From assembly GCA_950097015.1 (NCBI GenBank), contig CATNEN010000037.1, forward strand, positions 3,782,001 through 3,846,000: a DNA stretch of 64,000 bases. Reading direction: 5' to 3'. Positions within the stretch are counted from its first letter, which is position 1. Each line of letters begins with the position of its first letter. Below, one piece after another: positions 47,377 to 58,900 of this stretch. The notes beneath the pieces were generated by a model. The model was not told the origin of the DNA and ran no database searches. It saw only the letters and a program-made list of their open reading frames with translations. This stretch comes from Macrostomum hystrix (lineage: Eukaryota; Animalia; Platyhelminthes). Both the position numbers and the translations under genes were made by a program.

Positions 47377-47564
47377 CTCGAAACAGATGGCACTATATCA
47401 TTCCTTTTTGCGTCCTATTTGGTTTCTGCATCCAATTTTTGGTGCGTTCCAAAGGGCCCAGTAGAATTCATATCATCATAAACTAATGACTGAAATCGCC
47501 GGGCAGTTTAAATTTTTAGCGATCAATTTGGTTTATTTCATATTGGTAAACATGAAACTCAAAT

Positions 47565-47912
47565 GAATTAAACATGGAACAGAAACGCGGCAGTTGAATC
47601 GTTCTGTGAGTGTTTCACCCACTGCAGACACTTTGGAGCCGTGATGCTGCTGATGGATAAAGCGCAAACCTCGCGTTTCAGGATGTGCATCCTGTGCTGA
47701 TGCAATGTGAGGCCCTGCGCAGCGGCATGTTGCCTGTTGGCCACCTCCACCTAGATTCCACCGATGTGCAGGCATCTCTTCAGGTCAGCCTCCATGGCAT
47801 CACCGTCTCTTTCGGCCGGGTACAGAAAGGGCGAGTAGCTGGTTGGAAGGAATCGATGAACATGGCTGTCGCTCATCCCTGGCGCGTTCAGATGAGCACA
47901 GGCGCCATCAGA
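47565..47912 (-). pseudogene. Tc1/IS630-family DDE transposase, 3' part (left of the Gypsy insertion)
   Basis: SDGACAH...HRFLPTSYSPFLYPAE matches the family motif D..N/A..H...FLPPYSPxLNPIE. In-frame stop downstream. Confidence 0.8.
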
Positions 47913-50900
47913 TGGTGTATCCCCAGCCTTAGTTGTGTGGCTGTGGCCATAGACAATTATACGCGTGCCTGTAACCGTATGCAAATATACTGAAGACGGC
48001 CACCGCGACTGAGCGGATTATTACGCTAAGCCGATTATCTAGTAGAGATACAACATGGCGTTCGCAAGCAGCGATTAAGCCACCGAGAAAACCATGACCA
48101 GCAAGATCGACATTAAATCCGCACCGAAGTTCGACATTGAATCCCAGAAGCACCTATTTGCCCAATGGCAATCGATGTGGGAAGGTTTCGAAGTGCTGTC
48201 TGGACTGACTGCAGTGGCAAACGAAGGCGAGAAGAAACTGCGACTCTACGCTCTACGGAACTGCCTCAGTCTGGAAACACTGAAGCTGGTGGAGAACCTG
48301 CCAAGCTTAAAGGACGAAGACAAGTCCGACGCGGATAAGATCTTGGAAGCTTTTTTGAAGGCTTTCATAGTCGGTGAGATCAACGAACCTGATGAGAGAA
48401 GAGAATTCTGGCTAAGAAGCCAACGCCCCGATGAGCGTTTCTCAGACAGGTTCGTCTGCCTGAAAGAACTGGCCACCAAGTGCAACTTCGGCAGATGTTG
48501 CGACAACTGCGCGAAATACATGCTTCGAGACAGGATCGTCACTGGCACGCGCGATGCCAGCGTCGTCGAGAAGCTTCTGCAAGAAGGAAGTGGGTTGACC
48601 CTGGAGACAGCCAAGCGCATCTGCGAATCTGCCGAATCAGCCAAACACAAGAGTGTCGTCATCACGGGTGAGCACTCCGCGATGAATGCCCTGAGAGGCA
48701 AATCGGCGTTTAAACAGGGACGAGGTCCGCAACGAGAGCAGCGCAGCAAATCAACTCAACGAGTGACACAATGCCCATTTTGCGGGAAGCAGCACGCTCC
48801 CACCAGACAGAATTGTCCAGCGTTCGGCAAAGAGTGCAATAAGTGCGGGAGGAAGAATCACTTCGCGAAAGTTTGCAAGTCAACGACAGAAAGGACGAGC
48901 AAGCCGAAGAACATCTCACAAGCACATGGCAACACAATCGCCTCAGTGATCTCAACGGTTGACGACGCGCTTGAGAAGATTGAAGTGACAGTGATAACAG
49001 GAAAGGGCACATGTCGAATGCCGATGCTACCGGACACTGGGTCCAGTATAGACGCGATCCCAGCAGCCGAGTTGTCAAAGCTGAAGATCAAAGCAAAAGA
49101 GCTGGCAATGTCTATGGTAGTACCCACAGGAGTCGATGGAAGAACAATTGAGAACTTGGGAACTACAAAAGTACTTCTGAAACTGGGCGACAAAGTGCTA
49201 GAGAAGGATATTATTGTATTGAAGAATATCTCTGGAGCAATTCTATCCCGACAGACCTGCAAGCAGTTTGCGCTGATCCCACAAGAATTCCCTCACTACG
49301 TGCACATGCACCAGATAACCGGAGGCAGCACACCAAGTCACACCGATGCCGAGCAACTAATGTCCGAATACCCAGAGCTGTTCAAAGGTCAAGTGACGCA
49401 CATGCCCGGAGTTAAATTCAAAATTAAACTGAAGACAAACGCCGAACCATTTGCCATCTCATGTCCAAGGAAGATCGCTGAACCCCTGAAGGACAAGCTG
49501 AGGGCCGAGTTGAACGAACTGGAGAAACAATGCATTATTGAACGCATCACCGAGCCGACAGAGTGGTGCGCCCCAATTTCAGTTCAGAATAAGAAGGAAT
49601 CCGGAAAGATCCGACTCTGCGTCGATTTGAGGAACCTCAACATATACGTGGTGCGAGAACGCTACATGAGCAGTACACCATTTGAAATCGTCTCGAGATT
49701 ACCACAAGGAGCAAGATTCTTTTTGAAGGTTGACGCTCTCAAAGGCTACCATCAAAATCCCACTGAAGCTCTCGAAGGAAAACGCCTACCATGCAGTGGA
49801 CGACATTTTAATTGCTCACTCGGACAAAGGGAAGCACATGGAAGCTGTCAGACAGTTCTTAGACAGATGCAAGAAGTTCAGAATTGCACTGAACCTCAAT
49901 AAGTTTGTCGTTGCGCAGCCTACAATCACATTCGCTGGATTCCGGATCAATCACGATGGCTACTCTATCGATCCTGAGATATCAAATGCGATCCGAGAGT
50001 TCCCGACACCAAGAAACTTAACAGACCTGCGATCCTGGTTTGGATTTATCAACCAGATCGGATCGTTCAGCAAAGCAGTTGCTGAGCAGTCACAACCGTT
50101 GCGCCACCTACTCAAGAGCAAGAATGAATTCGTCTGGGAAGAAGAGCATCATAGAGCATTCACTGCCATGAGGAAAGAATTAGCAACTGTTCCTACACTG
50201 GCGTATTATGATCCAAGCAGACCTACGGCGCTACACACAGATGTGTCAAGACTCAAGGGTCTCGGTTTCCTGCTAAAACAGAGGCAGCGTGATGGCGCAT
50301 GGAAGCCTGTACAAGCTGGATCAAGATTTCTTTCTGCTGCAGAAAGCAGGTACGCGATGATCGAATTGGAATTATTAGCTGTTGCCTGGGCCGCTAAGAA
50401 GTGCCACCTCTTCCTAGAAGGACTGCATCACTTTGAAATAGTGATTGACCACAAGCCATTAGAGCCCATTTTAAAACTATTACACCCTGGACCAAATCGA
50501 CAACCCGAGAATTCAGCGGCTGCGGCAAAAGCTCGACCGATTCTGCTTCACAGCTCGGTGGATCAAGGGTCCTCACAGCTAAATGAGGACGCCGACGCAG
50601 TGTCCAGAGCGCCGGTGGAGGAGCCTGAAGCGAGCGATCAGATCCTGGAATTCGACAACAGGGAGCAGGCTATCAGCTCAGTGCACGCTCTGTCGCAGTC
50701 GGAGAAAAAATCTCCGAAGCAGCAAACCGCGATTCAGAATACCAGCTCCTTAAGAATACAATCCTAGATGGCTTTCCAAACTGCAAGGCGAACCTCCAAG
50801 ACAACACCCGCGCGTACTGGCACCTACGGCAACAACTCTGTGTCGAAGACGACTTCATCCTGGCTGGACGACGGCTACTGATCCCTAGGAATCTAAGGAG

Positions 50901-52174
50901 AAGCGCCCTCGAAAATCTCCTGAAGATGCACCAGGGATACCACAAAATGAAGGAGCGAGCAAGGCAAAGCATTTTCTGGTCTGGCCTGATTAATGACATC
51001 GAGCAGATCGCTAAGACGTGCAAACCATGCCAAGAAAATCTTTCTAGCCTGGCGAAGGAACCCATGGTCGTCCGAGAGCCACCGGAACGAGTCTTCGAAG
51101 AGATCCACGCGGATCTATTTGAATACGCAGGGAAGAAGTTCCTTGTCATCGTGGATGGTCTATCCGGTTGGGCAGCTCTCAATTACCTCGGCGATGATGC
51201 ACCCGCAATCAAAGTCGTCAGTGCTATCCGACAGAGATTTTTCGAGAAATCGGTCCCCGACATTTTCTGGTCAGACGGCGGTCCACAATTCAACACAAAA
51301 TTTTTCAAGGATTTCCTAGCACGCTGGAACGTCGAACACCGAGTATCGTCACCACATTATCCACAGAGCAACGGACGCGCCGAAGCTGGGGTGAAAGAAA
51401 TAAAGAAGATCGTCAGAGGGTCTTGGAACCATCAGACTGGCACGCTGGACTGGGAGAAACTGTCACAAGGTCTCCTAGTCTATCTCAACACTCCAAGATA
51501 CGACGGCAAGTCCCCAGCTCAAACAGTGTTCGGCCACCCAATGATCGTGACACAATTCCGGCACACAGAAGAGCGTTCGCACCTGAATGGCAAAAATCTG
51601 CAGATGAGATCGAGGAGAAGCAGGCTAGAGTCAAGGCGGCTACGGAGAAATACTACAACCAAGACGCTCAGCCCCTGCCGGACATCAAAGTGCACGACAG
51701 AGTGGTGGTTCAGGACTGTCGCACGGGAAGATGGGACAAGTACGGCGTGATCGTGGAAGCCGGACGGAACCGAGATTTCATGATTCGACTGGCGAGCGGA
51801 GATTTCTACGGCGGAACCGCAAGTTCATCAGGAAGCGGATCCCAGTCAGCCCATTCGAGGCCAAGGAGACCGCCGCGAACGGTGCTACCGAGCAAGGCAT
51901 GCCTGGAGCATCCGGAGGGTCGACTGAGCCAAGGAGGACCCGATTCGGGCGAGAGACTAAGAAACCTCAGAGGCTACAGGTTGACGCTAGGAGGAAAACC
52001 TGTGATAGTTGAACTCTGAAAGGGCCCGAGATGGTGTATCCACAGCCTTAGTTGTGTGGCTTTGGCCATAGACAATTATACGCGTGCCTGTAACCGTATG
52101 CAAATATACTGAAGACGGCCACCGCGACTGAGCGGATTATTACGCTAAGCCGATTATCTAGTAGAGATACAACA
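47913..52174 (+). mobile_element. Ty3/Gypsy LTR retrotransposon (Mag-clade-like), full length but frameshifted and internally deleted
   Basis: LTRs 47913-48055 and 52032-52174 (143 bp, TG...CA, 2 mismatches). 5-bp target duplication TCAGA (47908-47912 / 52175-52179). PBS TGGCGTTCGCAAGCAGCGATT at 48056. Gag Cys-His boxes CPFCGKQH...C and CNKCGRKNHFAKVC, protease LPDTGS, RT (IRLCVDLRNLN, AVDDILI), RNase H (LHTDVS, ELELLAV, DHKPL), integrase (HQG...C..C, HADLF, SDGGPQF, NGRAE), in Gypsy domain order. Confidence 0.96.
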
Positions 52175-52920
52175 TCAGACAGAAGCACGAACGTTCCCTC
52201 CACCAGCTGCTCGAACTCAGAGAGAAAATCCACGAAATGTTCATTCTTGAACCCGCCTTCGATAAGCGTGCAGTGTACGAGCCCCAACTGCTGCGAGAGG
52301 AAGAGACAGACTGTAAGATTTTGGCCTCGTTGAACATTCACCACCGTCACTGCTGGTGTTCCTCTCGGGGCTCGACCTTGAGTTCTGGACGGACGGATGG
52401 TTTACGTCAATGAACGGAAGATGGTTTTGGCATCCGTCGTGCATTCTGCGAGCTTCTTTGGTGATAGGCGTGTTCCAATCGACATGAACTTGGCGCAGAG
52501 GCTTCAGTGTTATGAGCTGGCCATCCAGGACATGCTTAATGGTACTGAGACTTACGCTGAAGTTATCACCGTTGTCTTGACGTAAGTGCGCTCTCATCTG
52601 CTCCAGCGTAGCAGTAGGGTAGTCGCTGACAAATTGGATCAACCTGTTCACCAAAGCTTGCGTGATCATTTGTGATCTTCAACTTCAACTGTCGATGACA
52701 GCAGCGAGATCGCCTGTGCAGCCGCGTACGTCCGAGTTGGGCGGGCCTGTCGACAGCACCCAGTCAAGTACCAGCGTGAACAGAAAAAAGGCGCCAGAGT
52801 ATCAACCCACAGGATGTCTGAATTAAACGTCATCAATTGGTCAGACATTCCATCTGGCGTCAACACCGAAGCGTTCGTGTCCCGATACATCGCCATGATG
52901 CCGGAAACCAGTTGCTCCAA
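52175..52920 (-). pseudogene. Tc1/IS630-family DDE transposase, 5' part (right of the Gypsy insertion)
   Basis: HTH-like region (FVSDYPTATLEQMRAHL...VSLSTIKHVLDGQLITLK), FID, RTQGRAPRG...QRGQNLT and TFVLLSD. Frameshifted. Confidence 0.8.
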
Positions 52921-53219
52921 TACATTCTATGCACGAAGCACCAGAGGCATGCAGCCGCACTGCGAGCCAAACGAGTGAAAAGCCTTTGACTGATGGATGC
53001 GCGCCTCCTCGATGGTGCCTCGGAGGGCTCGGATATGGGTCACCCTACCGCGCGAAGTGGGCGGAACCCCTTCTGCCCAGGGCGCAGAAACGAGCTGCTA
53101 CGGCACAGGTATAGTAATTACCGACCTAGCAGCACACGGTTAAACAGCTTCGTTGCGCAGGACATTAGCGAGAGCCCACCGTGCTCCTCCCTTCCGAGTC
53201 GTGCCCGGCTTCATCCGAT

Positions 53220-53625
53220 TCTCCCTCCTGTCACATAATCTATCTTCTCCCTTCCTCCTGTCACCTAATCTGTATTCTCGATCCCTTCCTCCTGTCACCT
53301 AATCTGTATTCTCGATCCCTTCCTCCTGTCACCCTAGCTATCTGTATTCTCCCTCCTCTTGTCACCCAAATGTCTTCTCGGCCTTTCCTCCTATCACACG
53401 ATCTGTCTTCTTCCTTATTCTTATCACCCAATCTGTCGATCTTCTTCCTTTCTCATGTCCCACAATCTGTCTTCTCCCTTCATCCAATCACCAAATCTGT
53501 CGTCTTCCTTTTTCCTATCACCCAATCTGTCTTCTCCCTAATTCCTCCTGTCACCCAATCTGTCTTCTCCCTTCCTCCTATCACCCAATCTGTCTTCTCC
53601 CTTTCTCCCATCGCCCAATTTGTCT
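53220..53625. repeat. Degenerate copy of the 30-bp minisatellite at 43915-45420
   Basis: Contains CTCCCTTCCTCCTATCACCCAATCTGTCTTCTCCC (53568-53602) and diverged units. Confidence 0.85.
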
Positions 53626-55959
53626 TCGTTTGTGGGCCAGTCAAGCTGACTCCGTTTGCCGAGACCCGCAGAGGTGATGCTTTGGAATCTGATTACATCA
53701 TCGACAGCGGCCTTGTTGTCGCTTTGAGTAGACTGCCGACATCTTCAGCAGTTTTGGCTGAAGTTTTTCTTGGCTTCGGCCTACCCGTATATTTGCGAAA
53801 TGGCTGATACATTCATCTAACTAATCAAAGTCTTAACAAGTACATTCAAATTTTCAAAGTAAGTTTTCTACAAGCTATCCTGCAAACAAACCCTGATTTC
53901 CCACAGAAGCGGGACCAATATCATAACAAATGCGATCGATTACTGCAATTTCCTGCATGGTATATTACTTTTTTCAGAACTAGAAGCCAATGATGACGTA
54001 ACTATTATTAACTATTTCAGCAATTAGGACCACCAAAGGAGTCATAATGTTATGCTCATTAAGAATTAATAGCCATAACAATAACTGTAAAAAAGTATTG
54101 AAAAACTGTACTTTTTTTCTAAGAAACCTAGTTTCCCGTCCTTCTACTAGTTATCCTTGGGTTTCAGTCGCGTGCATAAAGAAGTTGTTTGTTTATCTTT
54201 CTACATGTCGGGACCTGCTCGGCAAAAAGTTTAAAATAACCACACCACTAGGACGAGGAGAGGTCGGCGGCGTGACGGTGTGTGCAAATTTGCCCCGTTA
54301 TTTATAATAGGAGCATGTTATTTGAAACTGCCTCTTGATTAGCCTCTTTGTAAAAAAATACGACATATTTTTGTATAAGAAAAATCTTACTATTTCATCT
54401 TATACTAGCCTACAGTACAATACATACAAGTCTCTAAATTAATTTCGACTACTGGAACCAGCTTGCAGGGTTGCAGGCTTGCAGCTTGAAGCACAGAAAT
54501 AGCAAAAAGGATCTCATTATAGCTTAGCCTGTTCGAAAACCCTTTTACATTAAGTACAGTGGGGTCTGGTTATAATAAACTGAGAAAATGGAAACTAAGT
54601 TGCTATGATGGTTTTTATTATAGGACTATAAGAACAGGAATATATATAAGTGTGTTACTGGGTTGGGAGTTAGTTAGTGTGATGCTACCTAATTCATTAA
54701 AAAATTATAGTATTAAGGTGAGTTTTTACTCTAATAAAATGAAAATTGTGGTCCTGTCTCATGTCATAGGCTTAAATGACAAGCCTTTTTGTAACAAACT
54801 TTGGTTGTATTTTACACATTTTTAACATTTAACATTTTAATTTAATGGCTAGCTAGAGTCAGAAAACTGCTACAAGATTGTAGGCTCAACCTCAAGGTTT
54901 TGTCAATGCACACGGTGTCATTATTTATGATTTCTAGGCCTAGTAGGGCCTAGCAGTTCACTTATTAAATAAGTCTGTTTATTGTTCTGATTCATAAAGT
55001 TTTGTTTAGCTTATTTTGCCACTTGCCAAACTTATATTTTATTAAAATATTAATAAAAATAGAAATAAGGATGCTGAAATTAGGATCTAAAATCTTAGAT
55101 CTAAATTCTAATAAATATTACATCTATATAGCTAGATCATTTTTCTTGCTAATACATAACTTTTAGTTATAGCTTTACTGTAGCTACTAATAATAGGCCC
55201 CTACTAATAATACCAATCAATATTATTAAGTAGACAAGCCTGTTAATATTTATAAAAAGCTAGGCAAGGCAAATTAAAAATAATAATAGGCCTAAACATG
55301 GCAAAACAGAAAAAGAAAAGTAAATATAAAAGGAAAACATATTTTTTATAATGTCATAGCAAATAACATGTATATGGTACAAGATTTAACAATAGTCAAT
55401 TTTACTCTAGTAAAGAAAGAAACAATTCTGGGTATTCTATTTTACTAACCACTGTATAAAAATTCAGCATAGCATAGCATAACTTTAACTCAAGCAATGC
55501 ACAGTTGATTGTCTGTTAAAGGACCCTATAAAAGTGTTAAAAACTGAAGTTTAAGTATGGATGCAAGCAAGTGCACTTTAAAATTAAGTGCAAGACATTT
55601 TACTATTCTTTGGCATTGCATATGACAACATTATGTGACAATTTGACAATTTTTGCATGCTGCACCCCACTTTTGAAATTGTAATTAGTGTAACACAGTG
55701 TAACACAAAAGTGTAACTAGATGCTGTTTGCAGACTATCAACCTTTTTCGATATGTCTAAAAGACAAATTGTTCCAGTGGAGTCAGAAATTCAACCCACA
55801 GCCTTAAAGTTGTGATTCCACAACTGATTGGACATTAAATTTACCTAATCTTACAATACCATCTAACTATGGTTAGATTCAATGTGTTTTTCTAATAGTT
55901 TGTAGTTATAAATTTGTCAATACTTTAATTTCAGTCACTAAGATCAACCTAGCAACTGA

Positions 55960-58900
55960 ATGGACCCTAGACAGGAAACCATATCTGTTGTGGTCAGATT
56001 AAGACCCCTGATTGAGAGGGAGTTAAAAACTAACTGCAAAGAGGAATGGTTAGCTGAGAATGCCACTATACGCACTGTTGATGGAAGCAAGCGATTCTGC
56101 TTTGGTAAGTTTTGAAAGCAAATGTTGTGTTGACTTTAAGTGCTTTAAGCTTTAACTTGAAGTGCTTTAAATGAAATTTCTATTTCGTGCTCTACTCTAC
56201 TATTTCGATGCAGACTCTGTGTACAGCAAGACAGACCAGACTCTAGCTCTCTACAACCAAGCTGTTAAGCCAATAGTCATCTCCTGTATGGAGGGCGTCA
56301 GTGGCACAGTTTTTGCCTATGGCCAAACTTCCAGCGGCAAGACGCACACTATGTATGGCAGTGTGGAAGATCCTGGCATCATCGTGCTGGCTTTGCAGGA
56401 TATCTTCGCTCTGCAGGTTGGATTCCAGTGCTGTACTGTCTGTTGAGCCTGTCTGTTCCCAGCTCCACTCTGTTGAGCCTGTCTGTTCCCAGCTCCACTC
56501 TGTTGAGCGTGTCTGTTCCCAGCTCCACTCTGTTGAGCGTGTCTGTTCCCAGCTCCACTCTGTTGAGCCTGTCGGTTCCCAGCTCCACTCTGTTGAGCGT
56601 GTCTGTTCCCAGCTCCACTCTGTTGAGCCTGTCGGTTCCCAGCTCCACTCTGTTGAGCCTGTCTGTTCCCAGCTCCACTCTGTTGAGCCTGTCTGTTCCC
56701 AGCTCCACTCTGTTGAGCGTGTCTGTTCCCAGCTCCACTGTTGAGCCTGTCGGTTCCCAGCTCCACTCTGTTGAGCGTGTCTGTTCCCAGCTCCACTCTG
56801 TTGAGCGTGTCTGTTCCCAGCTTCACTCTGTTGAGCGTGTCTGTTCCCAGCTCCACTCTGTTGAGCGTGTCTGTTCCCAGCTCCACTCTGTTGAGCCTGT
56901 CTGTTCCCAGCTCCACTCTGTTGAGCGTGTCTGTTCCCAGCTCCACTCTGTTGAGCGTGTCTGTTCCCAGCTCCACTCTGTTGAGCCTGTCTGTTCCCAG
57001 CTCCACTCTGTTGAGCGTGTCTGTTGATCGTGTTGATCGTGCTGTTGATCGTGCTGGCTTTGCAGGATATCTTCGCTCTGCAGGTTGGATTCCAGTGCTG
57101 TACTGTCTGTTGAGCCTGTCTGTTCCCAGCTCCACTCTGTTGAGTCTCTCATGCAAAGCTACGCTCAATCAGTCGCTAAAGTCACCTCTCAATTGACAGG
57201 AGCGATATGCGGCAAGAGAGTTTCTAGTCAACGTCTCATTTCTCGAAATCTACAACGAGAAAGTGATTGACCTTCTGTCAGAAGACCCAGATAAGAAAGT
57301 CTCAGTGTTGATCGAGCGCAACAAATCAACACTGCGCAATGTTAACGAAGAAATTGTCACCAGCGTGGATGAGGTGCTTAACCTGCTCTCCAAGGGCGAA
57401 GGTAACGCTGCACTTTTGTTGGCTAGATGAGGTTGTATACAGCCTCTAATTAACTAGGAACTAATATCCACCCACAGCCCAGCGCCACATTGGCGAGACT
57501 AACATGAACGAGCGGTCCAGCAGGTCCCACACCATCCTTCGGCTGGCTATCGAATCTCGCTGTCGCAATGAAGACGGTGTGATCTGGAACTCTGTGCTGG
57601 TTGGTTCCTCCATACCTTGTGTTTTCTTTGCTTGTTATTTGACTCTCTTTTCTGCCTATCCGCACACCAACTCACCCATCAACTCACCCAGCACCTCATC
57701 AGCTCACCCAGCACCTCATCAGCTCACCCAGCACCTTATCAGCTCACCCAGCACCTCATCAGCTCACCCAGCACCTCATCAGCTCACCCAGCACCTCATC
57801 AGCTCACCTCATCAGCTCACCTCATCAGCTCACCCAGCACCTCATCAGCTCACCTCATCAGCTCACCTCATCAGCTCACCCAGCACCTCATCAGCTCACC
57901 TCATCAGCTCACCCAGCACCTCATCAGCTCACCTCATCAGCTCACCCAGCACCTTATCACCTCATCAACTCAACCATCAACTCACCCAGCACCTCATCAG
58001 CTCATCCAGCACCTCATCAGCTCACCCAGCACCTCATCAGCTCACCTCATCAGCTCACCCAGCACCTTATCACCTCATCAACTCAACCATCAACTCACCC
58101 AGCACCTCATCAGCTCATCCAGCACCTCATCAGCTCACCCAGCACCTCATCAACTCACCCATCAACTCACCCAGCACCTCATCAGCTCAACCAGCACCTC
58201 ATCAGCTCACCTCATCAGCTCACCTCATCAGCTCACCCAGCACCTCATCAGCTCACCTCATCAGCTCACCTCATCAGCTCACCCAGCACCTTATCACCTC
58301 ATCAACTCAACCATCAACTCACCCAGCACCTCATCAGCTCACCCAGCACCTCATCAGCTCATCCAGCACCTCATCAGCTCACCCAGCACCTCATCAGCTC
58401 ACCCAGCACCTCATCAGCTCACCCAGCACCTCATCAGTTAACCTCATCAGCTCACCCAGCACCTCATCAGCTCACCCAGCACCTCATCAGCTCACCCAGC
58501 ACCTTATCAGTTAACCTCATAAGCTCACCCAGCACCTCATCAGTTAACCTCATCAGCTCACCCAGCACCTCATCAGCTCAACTCTCATTCTTCGCAGAAC
58601 CTTGTTGATCTGGCCGGTTCAGAGCGAGTGGCAGAATCTGGCGCGTCGGGTGCCAGCCTTAAAGAGGCCTGCAATATAAACTCAAGCCTGTCTAGCCTTT
58701 GTCTTGTGATAAGACAATTATCCGAGAATTCTTCGTGAGTGTTTTTTATTCTAAAAGCTAATTGTCTAAATTTTTCATTATTACATGCGTTTAAAAAGTT
58801 TTCTGTACTTTCTTATTTATCAGACACGTGTCATTTCGGGACAGCAAGCTGACCAGCATTTTGATGTCTAGCCTCGGTGGCAACTCTCGCACGCTTATTG

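Noticed and set aside
54321-54326. CHR-like TTTGAA element as a G2/M promoter motif for the kinesin gene
   Set aside because: A hexamer in AT-rich DNA 1.6 kb from the ATG with an unknown TSS is not distinguishable from chance.
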